This document shows positions 1 through 10,534 of a stretch of DNA of 64,000 bases, in pieces. The notes beneath the pieces were generated by a model. That model did not search any database, was not told the origin of the DNA, and was given only the letters and a program-made list of their open reading frames with translations. Source of the DNA: Chloroflexota bacterium (GTDB lineage Bacteria; Chloroflexota; Dehalococcoidia; Lucifugimonadales; Lucifugimonadaceae); assembly GCA_002719295.1 (NCBI GenBank), contig PBHC01000005.1:64001-128000 (forward strand), read 5' to 3'. Within the stretch, counting starts at the first letter, position 1. Each line of letters starts with the position of its first letter. The translations under genes were made by a program, and so were the position numbers.

Positions 1-971
1 TTATATTTATCGGAAATATCTAATTTTTCAATTAATGATATCGTATCATTGTATTTGTCATTCAAAATTGAATCACAGTAAGATTTGATTTTATATTTAT
101 TCATTAAGTCCAATATTATCTGTTTTTCTTTTTCATTTATTTCTTCATTAAAAATTTCATTTATTAATTCTTTATCATTGGAATCGCAAGTTTGGATTAG
201 CTGCAATATTGGAAAAGATTTCTTTTTCTTTAATATGTCGCTCCCGATAGGCTTACCAAATTCGCTATTTCCCCATATTCCTAGTACATCGTCTTTTATT
301 TGAAACATATGTCCAAATGTATTCCCGATTTCTGAAAATATATCAGTGGTTATTTTATTATTTGATTCAAGAATTGAACCCAAAATTACAGATGTCTTAA
401 TTAATGCCCCTGTTTTCCTTTCTATCATTTGTAAGTAATCTTCGACATTTATTTGTTTTCTACTTTCAAAATCTATGTCTAAATATTGTCCTTCTATAAC
501 AGCTATGCATGTTTTATTTATCAATTTTCTTAGCTCTATAAGTTTAAGTTCATCTTTGGAATTGATTTCTTCTAGAGCTTTACTTGCTAAAGCATGCATT
601 GAACTTCCAGAAATAATTCCTACATCTTCACCCCAAATTTTCCAAACAGTTTTACGATTTCTTCTCATTTCGTCCCTATCCTCTATGTCATCGTGTATTA
701 ATGAAAAATTATGGAATAATTCTATGGACATTGCTAGCGGTAAAATATTTTTTTCTTTCCCTCCTAAAGCTTCATTTATAAGCATCATAATTGAAGGTCT
801 GAACGCTTTACCTGTAGTGTCATCATCGTGTCCATTTTCATCTATCCAGCCTAAAAAGTACCTGTGTGTTCCATACAAAGGATCTTTAAGCTTTTTATAA
901 AATTCTTTAGTGAATTTATTTAGAGAAGTTTGATATTTATTAAATTTTAAAGGTAATTCTGGTTTTCTCAT
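1..971 (-). CDS. Polyprenyl diphosphate synthase (GGPP/FPP synthase family), 3'-partial
   Basis: Not in the ORF track. Manual translation from ATG at 971 gives MRKPELP...GKAFRP...ELFHNFSLIHDDIEDRDEMRR...EGQYLD...KTGALI...FQIKDDVLG...GKPIGSD, with both Asp-rich motifs. The frame stays open to the window edge. Confidence 0.93.
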   Translation of the reverse strand, partial: MRKPELPLKFNKYQTSLNKFTKEFYKKLKDPLYGTHRYFLGWIDENGHDDDTTGKAFRPSIMMLINEALGGKEKNILPLAMSIELFHNFSLIHDDIEDRDEMRRNRKTVWKIWGEDVGIISGSSMHALASKALEEINSKDELKLIELRKLINKTCIAVIEGQYLDIDFESRKQINVEDYLQMIERKTGALIKTSVILGSILESNNKITTDIFSEIGNTFGHMFQIKDDVLGIWGNSEFGKPIGSDILKKKKSFPILQLIQTCDSNDKELINEIFNEEINEKEKQIILDLMNKYKIKSYCDSILNDKYNDTISLIEKLDISDKY

Positions 972-1095
972 TTTGAATAAATTATATGTGTTTCTAAATT
1001 ATATATCTCTATAAAGTTTTCGAAAACTATTTAATTATCTTATATGTTAGTTATAAGATAATCTTAGTCTGGAAATACATATTATGTATATATTA

Positions 1096-1104
1096 TGCTA
1101 TAAT
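1096..1104 (+). promoter_or_regulatory. Extended -10 promoter (TGcTATAAT) for hspR-clpC
   Basis: TGnTATAAT lies about 16 nt upstream of the SD-like GAGGT (1120-1124). Confidence 0.6.
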
Positions 1105-1130
1105 TTTATTATACGAGTAGAGGTAATATT

Positions 1131-1484
1131 ATTAGCTTTTCTAGAGAAGAACCAGTTTATGCAATAGGGATTGTTTCTAAAATTGTAGGATTGCATCAGC
1201 AAACCTTGAGAAATTATGAGAGGTGGAACCTAGTTGTACCTTTTAGATCACCAGGAGGCACTAGGTATTATTCCGTTATAGATATTGAAAAAATAGAAAA
1301 AGTTAAAGATTGGATTGAGAAATTTGGTATTAATAGAGCTGGAATTGAAATAATTACTGATTTACTTAAACAAATTAATGAACTCGAGAAGAAAAACAAT
1401 TTTCTTGAGTCTGAATTGATTAGATATAGAAGCAGGGGATCTGTAAAAGAATTGCCTGAAAATATAAGCAGGAGGAGTTTATGA
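1131..1484 (+). CDS. hspR: HspR-like MerR-family heat-shock regulator (paralog 1)
   Basis: EPVYAIGIVSKIVGLHQQTLRNYERWNLVVPFRSPGGTRYYS matches the HspR HTH pattern. The conserved N-terminus lies upstream of the track's TTG (1191), so the start is placed at ATT 1131. The stop overlaps the clpC ATG. Confidence 0.85.
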   Translation: MSFSREEPVYAIGIVSKIVGLHQQTLRNYERWNLVVPFRSPGGTRYYSVIDIEKIEKVKDWIEKFGINRAGIEIITDLLKQINELEKKNNFLESELIRYRSRGSVKELPENISRRSL

Positions 1485-4030
1485 TTTCAACAGAAATTTG
1501 GTCTAGAGATATTATGGATAAAGAACTTTTAGAAGTTTTTGATCAAGCGGAACATCTAGCAACTAGTGCATATAGAGAAGAATTTTTTACTATAAATCAT
1601 CTTATGTTGTCTCTTTTAAGAACAGATTCAGTAATTAATATTCTAAGCAATTTAGTTACAGAATCCTCTCTAAAAAATTGGGAAACAGAACTTATGAAAG
1701 GATTCAATGACAATAAGTTTCCTATTCAAGAAATTAGATATGAAAATCCTATGCAAAAGCTCTACTCAATTTGTTTAGAACTTGCGAATGCAACTCAGAG
1801 TGAAAAAATAAAAATCATTCATGTTTTACTAGGATTAGTTGAGCTAGCAAATAAAGCTCCAATCACAAGAGTGATAAATAGAAGATCTCTCCAAGAATAT
1901 AGAACAACTAATAATATAACATTTGATTTATTCTTGAGTAACAGACTGACCGTTGATAATGTACAGTTTGCATATTTGGTAGCTAATCCAAATTCCGAAC
2001 TTAAGACAAAAAAAGAAAATATTGATTTTTCTGAACAAAAATCAAATGAAGATCAGGATATAAAAGAAAAATCTAAGTACGAATTTCTGGATAAATATTC
2101 TGTTGATTTGACTAGCCTAGCAAAGCAAAATTTAATTGATCCAATAATAGGAAGAGATTCTGAAATTAAAAAAGTTCAGCAAATATTGCTACGAAGAACA
2201 AAAAATAATCCTGTACTTATTGGAGATGCAGGTGTTGGTAAAACTGCAATAGCTGAAGGCTTGGCTTTAAATATTATAGGTGGTAATGTTCACCCATTTT
2301 TAAAAGATAAAAAAGTTTTATCTCTTCAGCTAGGGCAATTATTAGCTGGAACTGGAGTTAGAGGTGAATTTGAAGAAAGAATGCAAACAATTATAAAAGA
2401 AATGGAAGATTCTCAAGGAGAGATAATTTTATTTATAGATGAAATACACACAGTAGTTGGTGCTGGATCAGGTGGTGGTGCATTAGATGCTTCAAATATG
2501 ATGAAACCCGCACTTGCGAGAGGTAAATTACAAACCATCGGAGCTACTACTCCAGATGAATACAGAAAATATATTGAATCCGACCAAGCTCTAGAAAGAA
2601 GATTTTCTCCTGTCTTTATAAATGAACCGACAAAAGAGGCATCAATTAAAATGCTTCAAGGATTAAGATATAAATATGAAAAACATCATGAATTGAAAAT
2701 TTCAGATGAAGCGATAGAATCCGCTGTGACATTATCAGATAGATATATAAAAAATAGATTTTTGCCTGATAAAGCTATAGATTTAATGGATGAATCACTA
2801 TCAAGAGTAAAAATTGAAAATCCCTTAACCCCTGATCAGATTTCTGAAATTGAAAATGAAATCAATGTGCTTAAAGAAGAAGAAAATAAACTTTTTCAAG
2901 AGGGCAATAAATCAGATTCAGAAAAAATAGTAGAAAAAAGATACCAAAAAGAAGAAAACTTAAGGTTACAAAGAGAACAGTGGGGATTTAGCGAAAAACA
3001 AGTTGAAATAGTTGAACCTAAGCATATAGCGAAAGTTATTTCTGAAAAAACAGGTATACCTATAGATAATTTAATTCAAAGTGAATCAAAAAAATTATTA
3101 AAACTTGAAGAAGAATTGCATAAAAGAGTTATTGGTCAAACTAAAGCTGTTCAAGGAATTTCAGATTCAATTAGAAGAAGCAGAGCAGGGTTGCAAGACC
3201 CTACTAGACCTATAGGATCATTTATATTTTTAGGTCCAACTGGTGTAGGAAAAACTGAACTTGCTAAATCATTAGCAGAATTTTTATTTGATGATGAAAA
3301 CAATATAGTTCGAGTTGATATGTCTGAATATAGAGAAAGTTATTCTATGGCAAGATTAATTGGAGCTCCTCCAGGCTATGTTGGGTACGATGATGCTGGA
3401 CAATTAACAGAAGCTGTAAGAAGAAATCCATATAGTGTTGTTTTATTTGATGAAATAGAGAAAGCTCATGATGATATTTTTAATGTATTGCTTCAAGTTT
3501 TGGATGATGGAAGGTTAACTGATGGGCAGGGAAGAACTGTTGATTTTACCAATACTATTATAATAATGACTTCAAATTTAGGTAGTGATTTTATAAATAA
3601 AGAATCAATTGGTTTTGTGCAAGATTCTGATAAAAAAAATGAAGAACAGCATAATAATGTATCAGAATCATTGAAATCACATTTTAGACCAGAATTCTTA
3701 AATAGGATTGATGAAATAATTATTTTTGAGTCTTTATCTAAAGAAGATTTGTTATTGATTGTTGATAAAGTATTTGATGATTTGACGAATAAATTAAAAC
3801 AAAAAAAAGTTCAATTGAAAATAAATAAAAAAGTTAAGGAATTTATTGCTGAACAGGGATTTGATAAATATTATGGAGCTAGGCCCTTAAGGCGATTGCT
3901 GCAAAAACAAATTGAAAACAAGATTTCAAAAATGATTATATCTAATGAGATAAAAAATGGAGATATTTTGAAACTAACTATGAAAGAAAATGAAATAATG
4001 ATTAAAAGGAATAAAAATAATAATAGTTAG
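1481..4030 (+). CDS. clpC: ATP-dependent Clp protease/chaperone ATPase, ClpC/ClpB family
   Basis: Two AAA+ modules ([39 protein letters not shown]). The short middle coiled coil and the IGF loop favour ClpC-type. SD GGAGGAG. Confidence 0.9.
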   Translation: MISTEIWSRDIMDKELLEVFDQAEHLATSAYREEFFTINHLMLSLLRTDSVINILSNLVTESSLKNWETELMKGFNDNKFPIQEIRYENPMQKLYSICLELANATQSEKIKIIHVLLGLVELANKAPITRVINRRSLQEYRTTNNITFDLFLSNRLTVDNVQFAYLVANPNSELKTKKENIDFSEQKSNEDQDIKEKSKYEFLDKYSVDLTSLAKQNLIDPIIGRDSEIKKVQQILLRRTKNNPVLIGDAGVGKTAIAEGLALNIIGGNVHPFLKDKKVLSLQLGQLLAGTGVRGEFEERMQTIIKEMEDSQGEIILFIDEIHTVVGAGSGGGALDASNMMKPALARGKLQTIGATTPDEYRKYIESDQALERRFSPVFINEPTKEASIKMLQGLRYKYEKHHELKISDEAIESAVTLSDRYIKNRFLPDKAIDLMDESLSRVKIENPLTPDQISEIENEINVLKEEENKLFQEGNKSDSEKIVEKRYQKEENLRLQREQWGFSEKQVEIVEPKHIAKVISEKTGIPIDNLIQSESKKLLKLEEELHKRVIGQTKAVQGISDSIRRSRAGLQDPTRPIGSFIFLGPTGVGKTELAKSLAEFLFDDENNIVRVDMSEYRESYSMARLIGAPPGYVGYDDAGQLTEAVRRNPYSVVLFDEIEKAHDDIFNVLLQVLDDGRLTDGQGRTVDFTNTIIIMTSNLGSDFINKESIGFVQDSDKKNEEQHNNVSESLKSHFRPEFLNRIDEIIIFESLSKEDLLLIVDKVFDDLTNKLKQKKVQLKINKKVKEFIAEQGFDKYYGARPLRRLLQKQIENKISKMIISNEIKNGDILKLTMKENEIMIKRNKNNNS

Positions 4031-4032
4031 TT

Positions 4033-5184
4033 ATGAAAAAAACTGATAAAAAAGTTTCAGCAATATTACTTGCTGCTGGAAAATCAAAAAGATTTGAACA
4101 GGATAAAACTTTTTATGAAATTGATGGGACTCCTATAGCAATAAAATCTTTATTAACTATACTATCAATTAAATTTATTGAAAAAGTTTTCATAGTTTCT
4201 TCTAAGGATAACTTTATAAAATTTAAAGATTTTATAAGAGGTAAAGATTATGAAGAAAAAATTGTAATCATAGAAGGTTCAAACACTAGGTCAGCATCTT
4301 TTTTAAAAGCTGTAGATCATATAAATGATAAGAATATTCATATAGATTATTTGATTATTCATGACGCTGCTAGACCATATGCTACAGAAAAAATTTATCT
4401 AAAAGGTTTAGATTTATTAGAAAAATATGATGCTGTTATTCCAGGCTTAACTCCTACTGATACTGTAAAAGTTATAAATGAAGATGAGTTTGTAACCAAA
4501 ACTTTGGACAGATCGAAACTTATTAATGTTCAAACTCCACAATTTTTTAATAAAAAAGTTTTTTTTGAAAATATAAGGAATATTAATCCTTCTGAAATAT
4601 ACACAGATGATTCTTCCTTACTTGATAATACTTCAATAAATATAAAAACAATTCCAGGCGAAATAAACAATATAAAAATAACTACAAAGAATGACATAGA
4701 AAATAATTTGATTTATTATGGCACTGGATTTGATATACATGAACTTGAAAAAGGCTCTCCTCTTAGATTAGGAGGCTTAGATATAGATTTTCAATATAAG
4801 CTTAAAGGCCATTCTGACGGGGACGTTCTAATACATTCAATAATCGATTCCATTTTAGGAGCGGCATCATTAGGAGATATTGGAAAATTTTTTCCATCTA
4901 CTGATAATTCTTTAAAAGATATAGACTCTACATTAATGTTAAAAAAAGTTTCAGATTTAATTACTGAAAAAAAATTCAGAATTGTTAATTTAGATAACAC
5001 GATAATTGTTCAAAAGCCAAGAATGTCGAAATATATTGAAAATATGAAGTCTATTATTTCTAAAATCTTAAAAATTGATATAAAACTTATAAATATAAAG
5101 AGTACTACTACTGATTTTATTGGTATTATTGGTTCAGAAAAAGCTATAGCATCTCAATCAATTTGTAGTTTGAAAAAAAATTAA
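4033..5184 (+). CDS. ispDF: Bifunctional IspD/IspF (MEP pathway)
   Basis: IspD motifs LAAGKSKRF, IHDAARP, VQTPQ, TDD, NIKITT fused to IspF motifs GFDIH, GHSDGDV, GDIG. Confidence 0.93.
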   Translation: MKKTDKKVSAILLAAGKSKRFEQDKTFYEIDGTPIAIKSLLTILSIKFIEKVFIVSSKDNFIKFKDFIRGKDYEEKIVIIEGSNTRSASFLKAVDHINDKNIHIDYLIIHDAARPYATEKIYLKGLDLLEKYDAVIPGLTPTDTVKVINEDEFVTKTLDRSKLINVQTPQFFNKKVFFENIRNINPSEIYTDDSSLLDNTSINIKTIPGEINNIKITTKNDIENNLIYYGTGFDIHELEKGSPLRLGGLDIDFQYKLKGHSDGDVLIHSIIDSILGAASLGDIGKFFPSTDNSLKDIDSTLMLKKVSDLITEKKFRIVNLDNTIIVQKPRMSKYIENMKSIISKILKIDIKLINIKSTTTDFIGIIGSEKAIASQSICSLKKN

Positions 5185-5185
5185 T

Positions 5186-6520
5186 ATGTATTTGTATAAC
5201 ACTTTAACTAAGCAAAAAGAAAAAATAGAAAAAAAAGAAATAAAAATGTATGTATGCGGTGTTACTGTTTATGACAGACCACATTTAGGGCATGCTTTGT
5301 CTACTATAACTTTTGATGTTCTCCATAGATTCCTTGAATACACTGGTTTCAAAGTAAAAAGAGTTCAAAATTTTACAGATGTAGACGATAAAATAATTGC
5401 TAAATCAAAGGAATTAAATATTTCCCCTAAAGAAGTAGCTGAAAAATACATAAAAGCTTTTTTTGAAGACATGGATAAATTAGGTGTAAGGAGAGCAGAT
5501 GTTCATCCTAGAGCTACAGAAGACATGAATGAAATAATTGAATTGATAAAAGATTTGATTGAAAAAAATGCAGCTTATGAACTTAATGGAAGTGTATACT
5601 TCGATGTTGGATTTTCTAAAGATTATGGAAAGCTTTCAAGAAGAAATTTAGAAGATCTTATTGAAGGAAATAGAATAGAAAACGAACCTGAGAAAAAAAA
5701 TCACGGTGATTTTGCTCTTTGGAAACATGCTGAAGAAGACGAAACTCATTGGGATAGTCCATGGGGAACAGGTAGACCAGGATGGCATATAGAATGCTCT
5801 GCTATGGTCAAAAAACATCTTGGTACTTCAATTGATATTCATGGAGGAGGATTAGATTTAGTGTTTCCTCATCATGAAAATGAAATTGCTCAAAGTGAAT
5901 CTTCAACAGGCAATAAGCCTTTTGCTAAAATTTGGGTTCATAATGGTTTGTTAAAGCGTTCTGGGGATGAAAAAATGAGTAAATCTTTAGGAAACTCTCT
6001 TGATGTTATAGATGCTTTAGAAAAATATTCAGGAAATTCTATCCGATTATGGATTCTGCAAAGTCATTATAGACAACCAAGTTCGTTAGATGAAAATTCA
6101 TTAGAAATTGCTCAAAAATCTATACAAAGAATTGAGAGAACGCTTATATTAAGTGGAGAATCAGGTTTTGATGTAAAGGATTATAAAAATAAATTTTTAA
6201 TTGCAATGGAAGACGATCTTGCAACTCCTAAAGCTATAGCGATTATATTTGATTTAATTCATGAAATAAATAAAGCAAATGATAATAATAAAAAAATCAA
6301 TGAAGGTATATCTTTACTCAGAGATCTATTAAGTATTTTAGGTTTTGAATTTAATGACAGAAATCAAGATGATTCTGAAATTATAGAATTGATTAATAAG
6401 AGAAATAAATTAAGAGCAGAAAAAGAATATGATAAAGCTGATCAGATAAGAAATGATTTATTGTCTAAAGGAATTGAAATTCTTGATTCAAAAGATGGAA
6501 CTACTTTTAGAAAAATTTAG
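5186..6520 (+). CDS. cysS: Cysteine--tRNA ligase
   Basis: CGVTVYD, HLGH, GRPGWHIECSAM, FPHHENE, KMSKS. Confidence 0.98.
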   Translation: MYLYNTLTKQKEKIEKKEIKMYVCGVTVYDRPHLGHALSTITFDVLHRFLEYTGFKVKRVQNFTDVDDKIIAKSKELNISPKEVAEKYIKAFFEDMDKLGVRRADVHPRATEDMNEIIELIKDLIEKNAAYELNGSVYFDVGFSKDYGKLSRRNLEDLIEGNRIENEPEKKNHGDFALWKHAEEDETHWDSPWGTGRPGWHIECSAMVKKHLGTSIDIHGGGLDLVFPHHENEIAQSESSTGNKPFAKIWVHNGLLKRSGDEKMSKSLGNSLDVIDALEKYSGNSIRLWILQSHYRQPSSLDENSLEIAQKSIQRIERTLILSGESGFDVKDYKNKFLIAMEDDLATPKAIAIIFDLIHEINKANDNNKKINEGISLLRDLLSILGFEFNDRNQDDSEIIELINKRNKLRAEKEYDKADQIRNDLLSKGIEILDSKDGTTFRKI

Positions 6521-6729
6521 AATCTGACGTTTAATACGGCTACTCCAACAAACAAAATTATCAATAATATTGTCAATCTAAATAGTATTTGCTCTATTCC
6601 TCTTCTTGACCGGTATGATCCATCTGATTGTCCAAATAAACCTGCACTGCTTCCTCTTGTTTGCAAAAGTATTATAGCAATTATTATTACTGCAAAAACC
6701 ATCATCAATACTGAAAAAAGTAAATCCAA
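6517..6729 (-). CDS. secG: Preprotein translocase subunit SecG
   Basis: 70 aa, two TM helices, ILLQ..G..GLFG...RRGIE pattern; TTG start with SD GAGGA. Confidence 0.9.
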   Translation of the reverse strand: MDLLFSVLMMVFAVIIIAIILLQTRGSSAGLFGQSDGSYRSRRGIEQILFRLTILLIILFVGVAVLNVRF

Positions 6730-6743
6730 AATTTCCTCAATTT

Positions 6744-8192
6744 CTATTTTTTTGTTTGTAAAATTTTATTTATTAATTCGCTTGAAATTTTAGGGTCTGC
6801 TTGACCTTTAGTTTCTTTCATCACTTGTCCTAATAAAAACTTTTGAGACTGCTCTTTTCCTGCTTTGTAGTCCTCAACAGCTTTAGGGTTACTTTCAATT
6901 ATATTACTTATTGTATCTTCTAGTTCGTTTGTATCAGATATAATTACTAGATTTTTTTCATTAATAATATCATCAGGCTTAGATCCAGTATTCCACATTT
7001 CTTCTAAAACTATTTTTAAAATTTTGTTATTTATTTTTTTTTGAAAATAAATTTCTACTAATTCAGATAGGTCCTCTGGTTTAAATTTCAATTTTTCATA
7101 ACTAGTAGACTCTAAGTTTAGCAGTCTACTAAAATCTCCATTCATAAGATTTGCGATATATTTTATAGATTCATTGTTTTTATTATGAGATTCAATTGTT
7201 GCTTCAAAGAAATTTGAAAAATTAATATCTCCTGTTAATAATTCGGCATCATAATCGCTAAGTTGATATTCATTAATATATTTTTCTTTCCTAGTTTTAG
7301 GTAACTCTGGCAAAATGCTTTGAATTTGATTAACCCAATCTGAGTCAATTTCTAATGGAGGAATATCTGGTTCAGGAAAATACCTGTAGTCATTTGACTC
7401 TTCTTTTGTTCTTTGAGAAATTGTTATAGATTTTTCATCTGACCATCCTCTGGTTTCTTGGATGATTATTTCATTATTTTCTTTAGATTTAATTTGTCTT
7501 TTTATTTCATAATCAACTGCATCTGCTACTGCAGATACACGATTCATATTTTTGATTTCTACTTTTGTTCCTAATTCTTTAGATCCTTCTTCTCTTATAC
7601 TTATATTTGCATCACATCTAAAAGAACCTTCTTCCATGTTTGCAGATCCAACTCCAATATATCTTATAATTTTTTGCAAATTCTCTATATATTCAATTAC
7701 CTCTTTAGAAGAACTTAAGTCTGGTTCTGTAACAATTTCCATTAAGGGTGTTCCTGACCGATTAATATCTAGTAAGCTGTAATTAGAATCTCTGGTATTT
7801 ATATGAGTCAATTTTGCAACATCTTCTTCCATGTGAACTCTGTTGATTCTTATTTTTTTATTTGATGAAAGTTCTACAAATCCTTCATAACATATAGGTT
7901 CATCAAATTGAGAAATTTGGTAGCCTTTCATCAAGTCTGGATAAAAATACTGCTTTCTATCAAATTTTGTTTTATTTGAAATACTACAATCAAGTGCTAG
8001 TCCAATCATAATGGCACTTTCCACAGCTTTTTTATTAACAACAGGTAGAGCTCCAGGTAATCCCATTGATGTAGGATCTACTATTGTATTAGGGTCTTGA
8101 TTTTGATATTTAGCACTTGAAAGACTAAACATCTTAGAGTTTGTATTTAGTTGCACATGCGTTTCTAAACCAATTACTGCTTCATAGTTCAT
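6744..8192 (-). CDS. gatB: Asp/Glu-tRNA amidotransferase subunit B
   Basis: YEAVIGLETHVQL, FDRKQYFYPDL, HMEED, RCDANIS, DYRYFPEPD. ATG 8192 preferred; alternative TTG 8207. Confidence 0.97.
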   Translation of the reverse strand: MNYEAVIGLETHVQLNTNSKMFSLSSAKYQNQDPNTIVDPTSMGLPGALPVVNKKAVESAIMIGLALDCSISNKTKFDRKQYFYPDLMKGYQISQFDEPICYEGFVELSSNKKIRINRVHMEEDVAKLTHINTRDSNYSLLDINRSGTPLMEIVTEPDLSSSKEVIEYIENLQKIIRYIGVGSANMEEGSFRCDANISIREEGSKELGTKVEIKNMNRVSAVADAVDYEIKRQIKSKENNEIIIQETRGWSDEKSITISQRTKEESNDYRYFPEPDIPPLEIDSDWVNQIQSILPELPKTRKEKYINEYQLSDYDAELLTGDINFSNFFEATIESHNKNNESIKYIANLMNGDFSRLLNLESTSYEKLKFKPEDLSELVEIYFQKKINNKILKIVLEEMWNTGSKPDDIINEKNLVIISDTNELEDTISNIIESNPKAVEDYKAGKEQSQKFLLGQVMKETKGQADPKISSELINKILQTKK

Positions 8193-8294
8193 ATTTTCTA
8201 ATCTCAAAATTAATGTGTTTTTATATTCTATCTTAGTCGAATAAAAAGATATAATATTAAATATATAGATAAATATAAATTATTAGGAGAATTT

Positions 8295-9761
8295 ATGCCT
8301 ACCCCAGATAGCATATCACGTGATACAGATTTATCAGGAATGGACGAATATAAATGGGGCTTTACAACTGATGTTGAAACTGAGCTAGCACCAAAAGGTC
8401 TAGATGAATCAATTGTAAAATTGATTTCTAGAAAAAAAGAAGAGCCTAAATGGCTTCTTGAATGGAGATTGAAAGCATTCAGGCATTGGGAAAAATTACT
8501 TGAAAATTCTAAAGAACCGGATTGGGCGAAAGTTAAGTATCCACCTATTGATTTTCAAAATATTTATTATTACGCAGCTCCTAAATCTATGACAGAAACT
8601 CCAAAATCTCTTGATGATGTTGATCCTGAGATGCTTGAAACATTTGAAAAATTAGGTATTCCTATAAATGAGAGAGAAAAATTGGCAGGGGTGGCTGTAG
8701 ACGCTGTTTTTGATTCAGTTTCAGTTGCAAATACACTTGATGATCAATTGAAAGATATGGGTATAATTTTTTGCTCCTTCAATGAAGCTGTGAAGAAACA
8801 CCCTGATTTAGTAAAAAAATATTTAGGTTCAGTGGTCCCTTACTCGGATAATTTTTATTCAGCATTAAATTCAGCAGTTTTTAGTGATGGATCTTTTGCT
8901 TATATTCCTCCTGGAGTAAGATGTCCAATAGAATTAATGACCTATTTTAGAATAAATACAGAAGGATCTGGGCAATTTGAAAGAACATTGATTATTGCTG
9001 ATGAAGACGCATATGTATCATATTTAGAGGGCTGCACAGCACCTTTTAGGAAAACTTCACAATTGCATGCAGCTGTGGTTGAACTAGTAGCTATGAAAAA
9101 TTCTGAAATTAAATATTCTACTGTTCAAAACTGGTTTCCTGGAACAAAAGATGGTGAAGGTGGGGTTTATAATTTTGTTACTAAAAGAGGAAAAGCATTA
9201 GAAAATTCTAAAATATCTTGGACACAGGTTGAAACTGGTTCAGCAATAACATGGAAGTACCCATCAGTCATACTTCAAGGAGACAATTCTACAGGAGAAT
9301 TTTATTCTGTAGCTATGGCTAATAATTTCCAACAAGCAGATACTGGAACTAAAATGATTCATATTGGTAAAAATACTAAATCTACAGTAGTTTCTAAAGG
9401 TATTTCTGCTGGGCAAGGTCAAAATACATACCGAGGTCAAATAAAAATTATGCCAACTGCTGAAGGTGCAATGAATCACACTCAATGTGATTCTCTATTA
9501 ATTGGAGATAAATGTGGTGCTCATACAGTCCCATACATCGAAGTAAGAAATTCTTCCGCTAGGCTTGAACATGAAGCTTCTACATCAAAAGTTTCAGAAG
9601 ATCAACTTTTTTATCTTATGTCTAGAGGATTGTCCGAAGAAGAAGCAAATCATATGATTATCACAGGTTGGAGTAAAGATGTAATAAAAGAATTGCCTTT
9701 CGAATTTTCTTTGGAAGCAACACAATTATTAAAAGTCAGCTTAGAAGGTGCTGTAGGATAA
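8295..9761 (+). CDS. sufB: Fe-S cluster assembly protein SufB
   Basis: [42 protein letters not shown]. Confidence 0.98.
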   Translation: MPTPDSISRDTDLSGMDEYKWGFTTDVETELAPKGLDESIVKLISRKKEEPKWLLEWRLKAFRHWEKLLENSKEPDWAKVKYPPIDFQNIYYYAAPKSMTETPKSLDDVDPEMLETFEKLGIPINEREKLAGVAVDAVFDSVSVANTLDDQLKDMGIIFCSFNEAVKKHPDLVKKYLGSVVPYSDNFYSALNSAVFSDGSFAYIPPGVRCPIELMTYFRINTEGSGQFERTLIIADEDAYVSYLEGCTAPFRKTSQLHAAVVELVAMKNSEIKYSTVQNWFPGTKDGEGGVYNFVTKRGKALENSKISWTQVETGSAITWKYPSVILQGDNSTGEFYSVAMANNFQQADTGTKMIHIGKNTKSTVVSKGISAGQGQNTYRGQIKIMPTAEGAMNHTQCDSLLIGDKCGAHTVPYIEVRNSSARLEHEASTSKVSEDQLFYLMSRGLSEEEANHMIITGWSKDVIKELPFEFSLEATQLLKVSLEGAVG

Positions 9762-9774
9762 ATTAGGAGAGAAA

Positions 9775-10533
9775 ATGCTTGAAATCAAAAACTTAAAAGC
9801 TCAAGTTGTGGATAGTGAAGACTTAATATTAAGAGGTATAAACTTATCAATCAACCCTGGAGAAGTTCATGCCATTATGGGTCCGAACGGTTCAGGAAAA
9901 AGTACATTAGCTAATGTACTAGCTGGTAAACCTGATTATGAAATTACTGAAGGTGAAATACACTTTATGAAAGAACTTTTAAATGATCTTCCTCCTGATG
10001 AAAGATCTCATTTAGGAATGTTTTTGGCTTTTCAATATCCAGCTGAAATCCCTGGAGTAAGGTCATATCAAATGTTGAAATCTTCATTGGATTCAAAAAA
10101 CGAATATTTTAAAAGAGAAAAACTTTCTGTAAGAGAATTCTCTAAGTTTTATGATCAAAAAGTTAAGGATATGGGTATTGATACAGAGCTAACTAAAAGA
10201 TCATTAAACTTTGGTTTTTCTGGAGGAGAGAAGAAAAAAAATGAAATTTTACAACTTTCAATTTTAGAACCAAAATTAGCTATTTTAGACGAAACGGATT
10301 CAGGCCTTGATGTAGATGCTTTAAAGGCTGTTTCTGATGGAGTTAATCTAATGAGGTCTGAAGAAAGGTCATTCATAATTGTTACTCATTATCAAAGAAT
10401 TCTGAACTATATTGAACCTGATTATGTCCATATTTTAGTAAATGGTGAGATCGTAAAATCTGGAACTAAAGAATTAGCCCTCGATATAGAAACCAATGGT
10501 TATGAAAAAATAATATCTGGTCTTGGTAAATAA
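9775..10533 (+). CDS. sufC: Fe-S cluster assembly ATPase SufC
   Basis: GPNGSGKST, FQYPAEIPGV, GFSGGEKK, LDETDSGLD, THYQR. Confidence 0.98.
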   Translation: MLEIKNLKAQVVDSEDLILRGINLSINPGEVHAIMGPNGSGKSTLANVLAGKPDYEITEGEIHFMKELLNDLPPDERSHLGMFLAFQYPAEIPGVRSYQMLKSSLDSKNEYFKREKLSVREFSKFYDQKVKDMGIDTELTKRSLNFGFSGGEKKKNEILQLSILEPKLAILDETDSGLDVDALKAVSDGVNLMRSEERSFIIVTHYQRILNYIEPDYVHILVNGEIVKSGTKELALDIETNGYEKIISGLGK

Positions 10534-10534
10534 A

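Noticed and set aside
85..900. Plus-strand ORFs 85-303 and 475-900
   Set aside because: Antisense shadows of the minus-strand polyprenyl synthase; no recognisable motifs.
8229..8251. TATCTT-N11-AAGATA upstream of sufB as an Rrf2/SufR site or a copy of the hspR1 palindrome
   Set aside because: Only 6-bp AT-rich arms, and the spacing differs from the hspR1 repeat (N13); cannot be told from chance.
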